Under the pieces are notes generated by a model. That model saw only the letters and a program-made list of their open reading frames with translations, did not search any database and was not told the origin of the DNA. Of a stretch of 64,000 nucleotides of DNA, positions 39,296 through 48,647 are shown piece by piece; position 1 is the stretch's first letter, and every line of letters starts with the position of its first letter. A program made the position numbers and the translations under genes. Source of the stretch: an uncultured Actinomycetota bacterium (lineage in GTDB: Bacteria > Actinomycetota > Actinomycetes > Actinomycetales > CAWJMD01); assembly GCA_963750285.1 (NCBI GenBank), contig CAVVQA010000003.1, forward strand, positions 43,014 through 107,013, written 5' to 3'.

Positions 39296-39819
39296 GGGTC
39301 GTGGGCGTCGATCAGGTTGCCCAGCGCGATCGCGTTGGCGAGCTGCACCTGGGTCTGCGGGTTCGTCTCGGTCTCCAGCAGCCGGGCGAAGGTCGTCTGC
39401 GGCGACTCACCCGTCGGGCCGGTGGAGTAGGCGCCCTGCATGGGCATCGTGGTCGTGAAGATGGAGTCCGACGGCGGCTCGGAGTAGGAGCCCTGCATCG
39501 GCATGGTGGTGGTGAAGCCGGTAGCCGGTTCCGGGGCGACGACCTGCCAGCCGGTCGCGTCGGACGCGAGACCGTCCACGACCAGGTTCTCGTCGTGGTC
39601 GTAGGTGATGGCGTCGGACAGCCCGTCCTGGTTCAGGTCGTACCGCGTCTCGTCGCCGATGACGCCGTCCCTGTCCGCGTCGAGCTGGTAGGTGTCGATG
39701 ACGCCGTCGGAGTTGATGTCGACCGCGGCGGTGTCCCAGTAGCCGTCGCCGTCGAGGTCTGCCAGGCCCGAGTCCAGCGTGCCGTTGCCGTCGGTGTCGG
39801 ACCAGGTGTACTCGCTCAT
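39283..39819 (-). CDS. Acidic protein with DxDxDG (putative Ca-binding) repeats
   Basis: Six DxDxDG-like loops; duplicated 'FTTTMPMQG[SA]YS'; purine-rich RBS before ATG 39819. Confidence 0.7.
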   Translation of the reverse strand: MSEYTWSDTDGNGTLDSGLADLDGDGYWDTAAVDINSDGVIDTYQLDADRDGVIGDETRYDLNQDGLSDAITYDHDENLVVDGLASDATGWQVVAPEPATGFTTTMPMQGSYSEPPSDSIFTTTMPMQGAYSTGPTGESPQTTFARLLETETNPQTQVQLANAIALGNLIDAHDPWTW

Positions 39820-39981
39820 GGCCACTGCCTTCCCTCGCGCTGCCGGTGACCCCGTCGTGGGGCCGTGCTGCAGGTTGGAGTGTGCTCGTGGCCTCGATGT
39901 TCCAGCCAGGGATCGGCCGACCGGGTGACGCGTGCGTCCGTCGATCGCGGCCGCGTGTCCGGTCCACCGGCACACCTGGCA

Positions 39982-40021
39982 TTCACCTGAACGGCTCAAG
40001 GAACGGCGGATTCGTGCCGAG
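39982..40021 (+). promoter_or_regulatory. Putative FliA/WhiG-like promoter with conserved upstream box
   Basis: TTCAC-ctga-ACGGCTCA overlapping CTCA-N17-GCCGAG upstream of the GGDEF gene. Confidence 0.5.
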
Positions 40022-40067
40022 GCCAGTGGGGATCAACCAGTGGTGCCTCGAGAAGGAGGGCAGCAGC

Positions 40068-41225
40068 GTGACGCGTGGCGGGACCAGCCGCACGGTCGCG
40101 GTCGCCAGCGCGGTGGTCGCCGCCGTGCTGGTCGTGCTGACCGCCGTCGCCGCCACCACGGTGACCTCGATCCGCGACTCCCAGCGCGAGGTCGAGCGCC
40201 TGTCGGCGGTCGTCACGGTGTGGCGCGACCTGCAGCTCGCCGTCTCGGAGGAGGCCTTCGCCGAGGCGGGTTACCGCCGGGCGCCCTCCGAGGACGCGCG
40301 CGAGCGGCTGGACCGGGCCGCGGCCGCCGTCCCCGCGAGGGTGGCCGCCGCGCGCGAGGTCGGCGACGCCCGCGACTCCGCGACCCTCAGCCAGGTCACC
40401 GTCCTGAACGAGCGCTACGTCGCCGAGGTGCGCCGCACGCTCGACGACCCACCGGCCGCCAGCGGCGAGGACCCGGTGGCGGGCCCGGCGCTCGACGCGA
40501 TGTCCGACGCGCTCGCGGACGCGGTACTGGGGCACCGGGAGCGTGCGACGCAGGCCCGGGCCGACCAGGCCGAGCGGACCGGGCGCATGCTGTGGCTGGT
40601 GCCGAGCGGGACGTTCCTCGGCGCGGTCGCGCTGGCCGCCTGCTGGTGGACGCTGGTGCGCAAGCACCGGCGGCTGGCCGCCTCCGCCGCGGTGAGCGCC
40701 GTCCGCGCGGCCCAGGACGCCCTCACCGGTCTCGCCAACCGCGAGGCGTTCCGCGCCGCGTTCGACCTGCGGGTCGAGGACGACCAGCCATGCGCCCTGC
40801 TGGTGGTCGACCTCGACCACTTCAAGGAGGTCAACGACTCCCTCGGTCACCAGGCCGGCGACGCGCTCCTGGTCGCCGTGGCCGACCACCTGCGCGCGAT
40901 CGTGCGCGCCGGCGACGTGGTGGGTCGCCTGGGCGGCGACGAGTTCGCGGTGCTGCTCGCCTCACCGGCGGGCGCCGAGCGGGTGTGCGAGCAGGTCGTC
41001 CTGGCCGTGGCCGACCTGGCCGTGGCCTACGACGTCGGTATCGGCGCCTCGGTGGGCACGGCCTGCTGGCCCGTCGACGGCGACACCTACGCCGAGCTGG
41101 TGCACACCGCCGACGTGCGGATGTACGCCGCCAAGCGCGAGGGTCGCGGCCGGACGCAGCGCGACGCCCTCCCGGCCCCGGCGCAGGGCCCCGCCCCGGC
41201 CACGACACCGTCGCTGGTGGGCTGA
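40068..41225 (+). CDS. Membrane diguanylate cyclase (two TM, four-helix sensor, GGDEF)
   Basis: 'DALTGLANR', 'DLDHFKEVNDSLGHQAGD', 'RLGGDEF', 'AD.RMYAAK'; RBS AAGGAGG. Confidence 0.92.
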   Translation: MTRGGTSRTVAVASAVVAAVLVVLTAVAATTVTSIRDSQREVERLSAVVTVWRDLQLAVSEEAFAEAGYRRAPSEDARERLDRAAAAVPARVAAAREVGDARDSATLSQVTVLNERYVAEVRRTLDDPPAASGEDPVAGPALDAMSDALADAVLGHRERATQARADQAERTGRMLWLVPSGTFLGAVALAACWWTLVRKHRRLAASAAVSAVRAAQDALTGLANREAFRAAFDLRVEDDQPCALLVVDLDHFKEVNDSLGHQAGDALLVAVADHLRAIVRAGDVVGRLGGDEFAVLLASPAGAERVCEQVVLAVADLAVAYDVGIGASVGTACWPVDGDTYAELVHTADVRMYAAKREGRGRTQRDALPAPAQGPAPATTPSLVG

Positions 41226-41325
41226 CGCGGTGCGTCGTCCGCAGCTCGCCTCTCTTCTCGGCCCCCTCGTCCACAGAAGTCGTTGCGGGACAGCGGTTGT
41301 CGGTGGTCGCGCCTAGTCTTGGGGG

Positions 41326-42583
41326 ATGGCGGCGGAGACGGTGGGTGCGGGGTCGGGGCACCCGGTCCTGGTCGCGCTGGCCCGGCTGGACGAGGTCGTC
41401 GAGGCCGCCCTGGGGGAGCCGACCTGGTCGTTGTCGGCGGTCGAGCGGGGCCAGGCGCTGGTCGCCACCGCATCACTGGGCGGCCGGTTCGAGGCTCTGC
41501 GTTGCTGCGGGAGTCGGTGTCGCGGGAGACCCCGGACACCCGCGGTGAGCAGGGCGCGCGGACGGTGAACCTGCTGAAGTCCCGGTGCCGGGTCTCTCCG
41601 CGGCGGGCCGGGGCGGGCGTGAAGAACGCCGAGCTGACCTGCCCCGACACCGGCACCGCGCGCGAGCTGGGTGCGGCGCTCGCGGAGGGTGCGGTCTCGC
41701 GTGAGCACGTCGACGTCGCCCGGTCCGCGCTGAACCGGCTGCCCTGCCGGTTGGTGCACGACCGGCGGGACGAGGTCGACCACCTGCTGACCGAGCACGC
41801 CCGGACGTTCGACCCGGGAACCACGGAGACGCTGTCCCGGCACCTGACGCTGGCGACCGACCAGACCGGGATGGTCCTGATCAACGGTCAGCTCGACCCG
41901 GTCACCGGTCTGAAGCTACCGCGCGGTGCTGGACCACGTGATGGAGAGCGACCGCTCCGCCGGAGGTGCGGACGGGGCCGAGGTTGGACCTGCGGACGCG
42001 TGGTCAGCGACGACCGGCCCGACGACCCGCCCGACGACCCGCCCGACGACCGCTTCGGGAGTGGAGCCTCCGACGTCCGGGGACGTGCCGGTGGCGCGTC
42101 CGCGTCCGGCCCGCGCCGTGCCGCGCGTGCTGGTCGTGACCACGCCTGAGCAGCTCGCCGGCACGCCCGGTGCGGGCGCTGCGGTGATGACCGACGGTGA
42201 CCTGGTCGGCCGCGGCGCCCTGACCCGGATCGGCCGCGACGCGGTCATCGACCGCGTGGTCCTCGACCCCGCAGGTCGGGTACTGGCGATGGACACCGTC
42301 GGCCGGCTGGCGACCGCCGCCCAGCAGGTCGCCCTGGCGGACCGCGACGGGGGGGACACCGCGGGGGAGGAAGGGGTCCCGCAGCGAACCCACCACCATC
42401 GACAACCTCGCCCTGCTCTGCCACCGCCACCACACCCAGGTCCACGCCCAACCCGACCACGACGACCGACCAGGCGACGCCTGGATGATGGTGATGCGCG
42501 ACGGACTCCCCTGGTTCCGACCACCCGACCGGCTCGACCCCGACCGCCGGCTGCGGCGCAACACCTTCCACCAGACCGTTTAG
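41326..42583 (+). pseudogene. Degraded DUF222/HNH endonuclease (13E12-repeat-like)
   Basis: Frameshifted; 'ALADRDGG' and 'NLALLCHRHH...W...DGLPWFRPP..LDP' retained, but the intervening C..PGC/HH segment is missing. Confidence 0.72.
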
Positions 42584-42745
42584 GCAACCCGCGCCACCGG
42601 CCTGCGCTGGCGCACGCCCCGAGGGACAGCGACCCCGAGCGACGGCGACCCCGACCCGCCGGGCCCGCGGGCCGGCACGGGCTAACGTGCGTCGTCGCGG
42701 GCGACCTCACACATCGGCGGTCCGCGACGACCACAGGGTGTGACG

Positions 42746-43240
42746 ATGCAACCGTTCGAGGCGGTCGTGCAGCAGCACGGCGCCACCGTGCTGCGCGTGT
42801 GCCGGGCCGTGGTCGGCCCGGACGCCGCGCAGGACGCCTGGTCCGAGACCTTCCTGTCCGCGCTGAAGGCCTACCCGTCGCTGCCGGAGGGCAGCGACGT
42901 GCGGGCCTGGCTGGTCACGATCGCGCACCGCCGGGCGGTGGACCAGGCGCGGTCGCGGGCGCGGCGCCCGGTACCGAGCGAGGACCTGCCCGACCGCCCC
43001 GCGCGCGAGCCCGTGCCGGGTGGGTGGCAGGACGACCTCTGGGAGGCGCTGCTGGCGCTGCCCGACAAGCAGCGGCTGGCCGTGGCCTACCACCACCTCG
43101 CCGGCCTCCCGCACGCCGAGGTCGCCGGTCTCCTCGGAGGCACTCCCGCTGCTGCCCGCAAGGCCGCCTCGGACGGCATCGCCACCCTGCGCCGGACCTA
43201 CCTGGCGCCGGACCTCACGACGAGCGGAGCCCTGCGGTGA
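42746..43240 (+). CDS. ECF RNA polymerase sigma factor
   Basis: 'AQDAWSETF', 'AWLVTIA', 'LPDKQR...GLPHAEVA'. Confidence 0.85.
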   Translation: MQPFEAVVQQHGATVLRVCRAVVGPDAAQDAWSETFLSALKAYPSLPEGSDVRAWLVTIAHRRAVDQARSRARRPVPSEDLPDRPAREPVPGGWQDDLWEALLALPDKQRLAVAYHHLAGLPHAEVAGLLGGTPAAARKAASDGIATLRRTYLAPDLTTSGALR

Positions 43241-43860
43241 ACGACCTGACCACCTCCCTGACCACTTCCCTGACCACCTCGTTCACCGACCCCGGTGACG
43301 ACGACCTGCTCGCGGCGCTGCACCGGCGGCTCGAGGACGACGCGACGTCCGCCTCGCTGCTCGAGGTCGCCGTCACCACCGTCGACAGCCCGGTCGGGAC
43401 GCTGCTGCTGGCCGCCACCACCGAGGGGCTGGTGCGCGTGGCGTTCGAGACCGAGGGCCACGACGCCGTGCTCGACGAGCTCGCCCGACGGATCAGCCCG
43501 CGGGTGCTGCGCTCGCCGGGCCGGCTCGACGCCGTGGCCCGCGAGCTCGACGAGTACTTCACCGGCCGCCGCCACGACTTCGACCTGCCCGTCGACCTGC
43601 GCCTGGCCGGCGGTTTCCGCCGCTCGGTGCTCGACCGGCTGCGCGAGGTGCCGTACGGCAGCACCGCCAGCTACGCGACCCTCGCCGCCGCAGCGGGCAG
43701 CCCCCGCGCGGTGCGGGCCGTCGGGACGGCCTGCGCCACCAACCCCGTGCCGGTCGTCGTGCCGTGCCACCGGGTGGTGCGGTCCGACGGCGCGATCGGC
43801 GCCTACCGCGGCGGGACGGCCGCCAAGCGCGTGCTGCTCGACCTCGAGCACGCGGCCTGA
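43237..43860 (+). CDS. ogt: Methylated-DNA-protein-cysteine methyltransferase
   Basis: Active site 'PCHRV', 'RAVG.AC..NP'; GTGA overlap with the sigma gene. Confidence 0.92.
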   Translation: MNDLTTSLTTSLTTSFTDPGDDDLLAALHRRLEDDATSASLLEVAVTTVDSPVGTLLLAATTEGLVRVAFETEGHDAVLDELARRISPRVLRSPGRLDAVARELDEYFTGRRHDFDLPVDLRLAGGFRRSVLDRLREVPYGSTASYATLAAAAGSPRAVRAVGTACATNPVPVVVPCHRVVRSDGAIGAYRGGTAAKRVLLDLEHAA

Positions 43861-43864
43861 CCCA

Positions 43865-43930
43865 CCGCGACTGTGACCTGGGCGCGCGACACCCCGGCGA
43901 GTCGCGCGCCCCGTTCACACTCGCGGGGTG
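43865..43930. repeat. REP-like imperfect hairpin, copy 1
   Basis: CCGCGA.TGTGA...GTCGCGCGCC.CGTTCACACTCGCGGGGT; second copy near 50002. Confidence 0.7.
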
Positions 43931-43944
43931 CGGGGGGGGAGGCG

Positions 43945-44946
43945 TCAGGCGCCGGCCACCCCGGCGCCGGCGCCGGCGGCGGCCGTGCCGAGCAGGCTCG
44001 CACCGAGCGCGGTGCGGACGTAGAGCACCTGGCGCCCGGACCGCCACGACCGCACCAGCTCGCAGTCGCGCAGGACCGCGAGGTGCTCGCTGATCGTCGC
44101 GGGGCTCTGACCGAGCCGTCGCGCCAGTGCCGTCGTCGACATCGGGACGGCGAGCAGCGCGAGGACGCCGGCCCGGGTCCGACCGAGCAGGACGCCCAGC
44201 CCGTCGGTGGGACCGGCGTCGGCGGCCAGGTGGTCCCACACCTCGTCCGAACCCGCCACGGGGTAGACGATCTCGAAGGTGGCGGGCGGGGTGTACGCGA
44301 GCGCCAGCGCGGGACGGGCGAACACCGACGGCACCAGCGTCAGCCGCTCGGCGACCGCCGTGACCTCGTCGTGGGAGGGCTTGTCGACGCGCAGCACCTC
44401 GCCGTCCATCCGCACCTCGGGGTGCATGTCGGTGAACATCGCACCGATCCCCTCGGCGAGCATCCGGTGCACACGCGCCGACACGTCGAGCTCGAGCGTG
44501 CCCCGCACCCGGTCCCAGTGCGGCTCGACGACCAGGCGCCAGTACTGATCGATCTCGTCGGCCACCCGGGCGCCGAAGCCCGGCTCGCTGAGGGCCAGCA
44601 GCAGGATGTCGGGCAGCGGACGTCCGTCCCACGTGTCCTCCAGCTGGGCCCGCGCGTCGTCGGGCTCGACCCGCGACAGCTGCTCGAGCTGGTCGTCCAT
44701 GCTCACGTCGGTGCCGACGACGGCAGGCGAGAGCAGGTCGGGGAACCAGCGTCCTGGCGGCAGGAGCGTGAGCAGCAGCCCGAGGTCGACGCGGTCGAGG
44801 CGCGGCCACGCCCAGTCGCGCCAGGGCGTGTGGTGCCGAGGGTCACCCCGGGTCAGCGTGACGATGCTGCGAGCGGCTTCTCCCAACGGCGAGAAGCCGA
44901 ACCGCACGCCGCCGAACGCGGCAGAGGTGAGGTGCAGCTCGATCAC
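43945..44946 (-). CDS. DUF5937/ArsR-type winged-HTH regulator
   Basis: 'RFGFSPL.E', 'LTLVPSVF', 'LLGRTRA...MSTT.LA...SPATISEHL.VLR'. Confidence 0.8.
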   Translation of the reverse strand: MIELHLTSAAFGGVRFGFSPLGEAARSIVTLTRGDPRHHTPWRDWAWPRLDRVDLGLLLTLLPPGRWFPDLLSPAVVGTDVSMDDQLEQLSRVEPDDARAQLEDTWDGRPLPDILLLALSEPGFGARVADEIDQYWRLVVEPHWDRVRGTLELDVSARVHRMLAEGIGAMFTDMHPEVRMDGEVLRVDKPSHDEVTAVAERLTLVPSVFARPALALAYTPPATFEIVYPVAGSDEVWDHLAADAGPTDGLGVLLGRTRAGVLALLAVPMSTTALARRLGQSPATISEHLAVLRDCELVRSWRSGRQVLYVRTALGASLLGTAAAGAGAGVAGA

Positions 44947-45026
44947 GCGCCCGAACGTAGGGCTCCCGCACGCAGGTGGGGGGCCGTCGGTGTCGTCCTG
45001 TCGCCGAACCGATCTCGTTTCGTGAC

Positions 45027-46007
45027 CTAGTGGCGGGCGGCACCGACCAGCGAGGCGGCGAGCGCGGTCTGCTGGTAGAGCACCGACCGCCCGGACCGCC
45101 ACGAACGCACCATCCCGCACTCGCGCAGGACGGCGAGGTGCTGGCTGATCGTCGCCGGGCTCTGGCCGAGCTCGCGCGACAGCGAGGTGGTCGACATCGG
45201 TGCCGCGAGGCTGGTCAGCACGGTGGCGCGGGTGCGGCCGAGGAGCGACCCGAGGTCGTCGCGCGGGGTGCGCTCGCCGGCGATCCCCTCCCACAGCCGT
45301 CCGACGCCCCGCGCCGGGTAGGTGAGCTGGAACGCGCCCGGGGAGGAGTGGGCCAGCAGGAGGTGCGGCCAGATGAAGACGGCGGGGACCAGGGTCAGGC
45401 GCGCGCCCTCGTACCTCACGTCGTCGTGGTGCGGCTTGTCGATCCGCAGCACCGCGCCGTCGACGCTGACCTCGTGGTGCAGGTCGGCGAGCAGGTCGAA
45501 CAGGCCGCCGCGCAGGGTCTGCCCGGCGCGGTGGGCGACGTCCTCCTCGAGCGCTCCCCGCACGCGCGGCCAGTGCGGGGCCAGGGCGGCGTCCCAGTAG
45601 GTCCGCAGCTCGGTGGCGAGCACCTCGCCGAACCGGAGCGGCCCGTCCAGCGCACGGCGGGCGACGTCGGGCAGTGGCCGCTGGTCCCAGACGCCGGCGA
45701 GCTCCTTCTCGACCTCGCCGTCGTCGACCTCGGCCAGGGCGTCGAGCTGGTCGGGCAGGGAGACGTCGGGACCGTCGACGTCCGGGAACAGGAAGTCCGG
45801 TGCCCAGCGACCGGGTGGGTGGACGGCCTGCAGCAGCGGCACGTCGACGTGACCCACCCGCGGCCGCGCCCACCGCGCCCACGCGGCGTGCGGGTCGGAA
45901 CGTCCGGCGCACGTCAGCGCGGCGACGCTGCACGCGAGCTCGGACAGCGGCGAGAACGCGAACCTGGTGTTCCCCAGGACGTCCACGTTCAGGTCGAGCA
46001 CGATCAC
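45027..46007 (-). CDS. DUF5937/ArsR-type winged-HTH regulator (paralog of the adjacent gene)
   Basis: Same motifs: 'RFAFSPLSE', 'LLGRTRA', 'SPATISQHL', 'RSWRSGR'. Confidence 0.8.
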   Translation of the reverse strand: MIVLDLNVDVLGNTRFAFSPLSELACSVAALTCAGRSDPHAAWARWARPRVGHVDVPLLQAVHPPGRWAPDFLFPDVDGPDVSLPDQLDALAEVDDGEVEKELAGVWDQRPLPDVARRALDGPLRFGEVLATELRTYWDAALAPHWPRVRGALEEDVAHRAGQTLRGGLFDLLADLHHEVSVDGAVLRIDKPHHDDVRYEGARLTLVPAVFIWPHLLLAHSSPGAFQLTYPARGVGRLWEGIAGERTPRDDLGSLLGRTRATVLTSLAAPMSTTSLSRELGQSPATISQHLAVLRECGMVRSWRSGRSVLYQQTALAASLVGAARH

Positions 46008-46102
46008 CCGTCGCAGGTTAGGCGAGACGAGCCGCGCCGTCGGAGCATTCGGTCAGGGCCGAACGGACGGCAGCCGCGGCGGCACCGGCGGTCCCGCCCG
46101 CA

Positions 46103-46447
46103 TCACCGCAGGTTGAACGGGTGCTGCGGGAGGTGGGGGTGCATCACGTCGTCGACGGTGCGCACCATCGACTGCGCCGCGTGGACGAACCGGTAGCCGT
46201 CGGGCGTCAGCGACACCTGGCGGCGCGAGCGGTCGAGCAGCCGGAACCCGAGGGTGTGCTCCAGCCGGCTGACCCGCCCGCTGACTCCGGGCTGCGACAG
46301 GTGCAGGAGGCGCGCCGCGGCCGTGAAGCTGCCCTCCTGCACGATGGCGAGGAAGACCACGACCTCGCCCAGCGAGATACCGGCCGCGCGGCGCGAGACG
46401 CGCTGCAGGGCGGCCTCGAACGACGACTCGATCGGCTGTGCGGTCAT
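46103..46447 (-). CDS. Stand-alone LysR-type HTH protein (no effector domain)
   Basis: 'FLAIVQEGSFTAAARLLHLSQPGVS..VSRLEHTLG..LLDRSRRQVSLTPDG'; 114 aa. Confidence 0.75.
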   Translation of the reverse strand: MTAQPIESSFEAALQRVSRRAAGISLGEVVVFLAIVQEGSFTAAARLLHLSQPGVSGRVSRLEHTLGFRLLDRSRRQVSLTPDGYRFVHAAQSMVRTVDDVMHPHLPQHPFNLR

Positions 46448-46837
46448 GCACCGAGGGTCGTGGCGCCGAGGTCGGCGCCACAACCATTCGGGCAGAGTCG
46501 AATCCACGGGGCCTGATCGGGTGGCCACCCGGCCGGCGCCCGGCACCGCCAACGCGGGTGGGCGGCGCCGGGCGCCGATCCGTTGCTCCTGCGACCTAGG
46601 CAGGGACCCCAGGAGGTATGACCATGCTGCGCCCCGTCACGCGCGGACCGCCACGACCATCGCGAACGGCGAAGGTGCGATAGGGATTTCAGATGCGTTG
46701 AGCATCAACCTATCTCGGCGAGGTAACACGTCCGGCGCTTCGCTTGTCGTGCCGCCGGTGACGCACGACGGTAGGAGCCGGTCCGGTGCCGCCACACGCT
46801 GCTCGGATGCCCCTGGAACCCGAACAAGGAGGAACCC

Positions 46838-48538
46838 GTGCGGACTTCACGCAGGTCGGCCGCGCTCGTCACAGGCCTGGCCGCCACGCTCGCCCTCGCG
46901 GCGTGCTCGACGGGCGGGACCGACGACCCGTCGGCGTCCGAGAGCTCGTCCGAGCCCGTCACGCAGGACATCACGATCACCGTCGCGCACGAGCAGGAGT
47001 TCAACGCGTACAACAACGGGACGGGGGCGGACAACGCGACCAAGAACGCGGTCGTCCTCAACCAGGTGCTCACCACGTTCTGGGAGTACGGCCCCGACGG
47101 AACCGTGCAGCCGAACGAGGAGTTCGGCACGTACGAGAAGACCGCCGACGACCCGCTGACCGTGACGTACACGATCAACCCGGACGCGTCGTGGTCCGAC
47201 GGCGAGCCGATCGACTGCGACGACGTCGTGCTGGACTGGGCCGCGCAGGCCGGTGTCTACGAGGGCTTCGACCCGGCGGCGACCACCGGCTACGACCTGA
47301 TGGAGAAGCCGACCTGCCAGGACGGTGACAAGGAGTTCACCGTCGTCTACGAGGACACCTTCTCGGACTGGATCGCCGGCATCGGCACCTTCCTGCCGGC
47401 GCACGTGGTGGAGCAGGAGTCCGGTGTCGCCGACATCATCGCGGCGGTGCAGGCCGACGACGCCGCGGCGATGACCGCGGTCTCGACGTTCTGGAACACC
47501 GGGTGGCACTTCAACCCGGGCGAGTTCGACCCGGCGACCACACCGTCGTCCGGGCCCTACAGCCTGGCGACCTGGGAGCCGGGGCAGTCGATCACGCTGA
47601 CGGCCAACGAGGAGTACTGGGGCACCCCCGCCGCCGCGAGGACGATCGTGGTGCGGTTCATCGAGCAGGAGTCGCAGGCGCAGGCGCTGCAGAACGGTGA
47701 CATCCAGATCGCCGAGCCGCAGCCCAACCCCGACGTCCTCGACCAGCTCGAGGGGATCGGCGACACGGTCACCGTGGAGCAGGGCGACGAGTTCACCTTC
47801 GAGCACCTCGACTTCAACTTCGACACGTTCTTCTCGGACCCGAACCTGCGCAAGGCCTTCGCGCTGTGCGTGCCGCGGGACCAGATCGTCGAGAACCTGG
47901 TCAAGCCGGTCAACGCCAACGCCGAGGTGCTGCAGTCGCGGTTCCTGCTGCCGTTCCAGCCGGCGTACGCGGACGAGTCGACCGAGGTGCAGGACGGCAG
48001 CTACGACACCGCCGACGTCGCCGCTGCCAAGGCCCTCGTCGACGGGGCCGCGGCCGCCGGCACGGTGGTGCGGATCGGCTACCAGACGCCGAACCAGCGC
48101 CGCACCAACACCGTCGACCTGATCCGCGCCTCGTGCGACCAGGCCGGCTTCAAGGTCGAGGACGCGGGACAGGAGGACTTCTTCGGCAACGGCCTGGACA
48201 ACGGCAACTTCGACGTCGCCCTCTTCGCCTGGGCCGGTTCGCCGCTCGTCTCCGGCAGCGGTGCGACCTACAGCACCGACGGCGGCAACAACAACGGCAA
48301 CTACACCAACCCGGAGGTCGACACCCTGATGGCCTCGCTCGACGTCACGCCGGACGCCGACGAGCAGGTCCGGATCATCACCGACGTCGACGCCATCCTG
48401 TGGGACGACCTGGCGACCGTCCCGCTGTTCGCCCACCCGGGGATCGTCGCGTACGAGTCCGACCTGGAGAACGTCACCTTCCAGCCCTCGCAGACCCAGG
48501 TCACCTGGAACATGCAGCGCTGGACGATGGCGAGCTGA
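46838..48538 (+). CDS. ABC peptide/nickel (family 5) substrate-binding lipoprotein
   Basis: Lipobox LAAC; 'WSDGEPI', 'SGPY', 'N..YWG', 'EHLDFN'; RBS AAGGAGG. Confidence 0.88.
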   Translation: MRTSRRSAALVTGLAATLALAACSTGGTDDPSASESSSEPVTQDITITVAHEQEFNAYNNGTGADNATKNAVVLNQVLTTFWEYGPDGTVQPNEEFGTYEKTADDPLTVTYTINPDASWSDGEPIDCDDVVLDWAAQAGVYEGFDPAATTGYDLMEKPTCQDGDKEFTVVYEDTFSDWIAGIGTFLPAHVVEQESGVADIIAAVQADDAAAMTAVSTFWNTGWHFNPGEFDPATTPSSGPYSLATWEPGQSITLTANEEYWGTPAAARTIVVRFIEQESQAQALQNGDIQIAEPQPNPDVLDQLEGIGDTVTVEQGDEFTFEHLDFNFDTFFSDPNLRKAFALCVPRDQIVENLVKPVNANAEVLQSRFLLPFQPAYADESTEVQDGSYDTADVAAAKALVDGAAAAGTVVRIGYQTPNQRRTNTVDLIRASCDQAGFKVEDAGQEDFFGNGLDNGNFDVALFAWAGSPLVSGSGATYSTDGGNNNGNYTNPEVDTLMASLDVTPDADEQVRIITDVDAILWDDLATVPLFAHPGIVAYESDLENVTFQPSQTQVTWNMQRWTMAS

Positions 48539-48574
48539 CCCGCCGCGGCTGCGCACCGGCGGCCGGAGCGCCGG

Positions 48575-48605
48575 CGGCGCCCCTCCCTCTCGGGGAGGGG
48601 CGCCG
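48575..48605 (+). terminator. GC-rich stem-loop terminator
   Basis: CGGCGCCCCTCCC...GGGAGGGGCGCCG after the SBP gene. Confidence 0.6.
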
Positions 48606-48647
48606 TCGCGCGTCGGCGTGCGCCGGGCGGTGGAGCAGACTGCGGCG

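Noticed and set aside
39830-40060. c-di-GMP or c-di-AMP riboswitch upstream of the GGDEF gene
   Set aside because: I could not find the conserved GEMM or ydaO sequence blocks; an Infernal/Rfam scan would settle it.
41926-43860. 644-aa HNH-Ogt fusion ORF
   Set aside because: Off-frame read-through across the ECF sigma gene; ogt has its own coupled GTG start at 43237.
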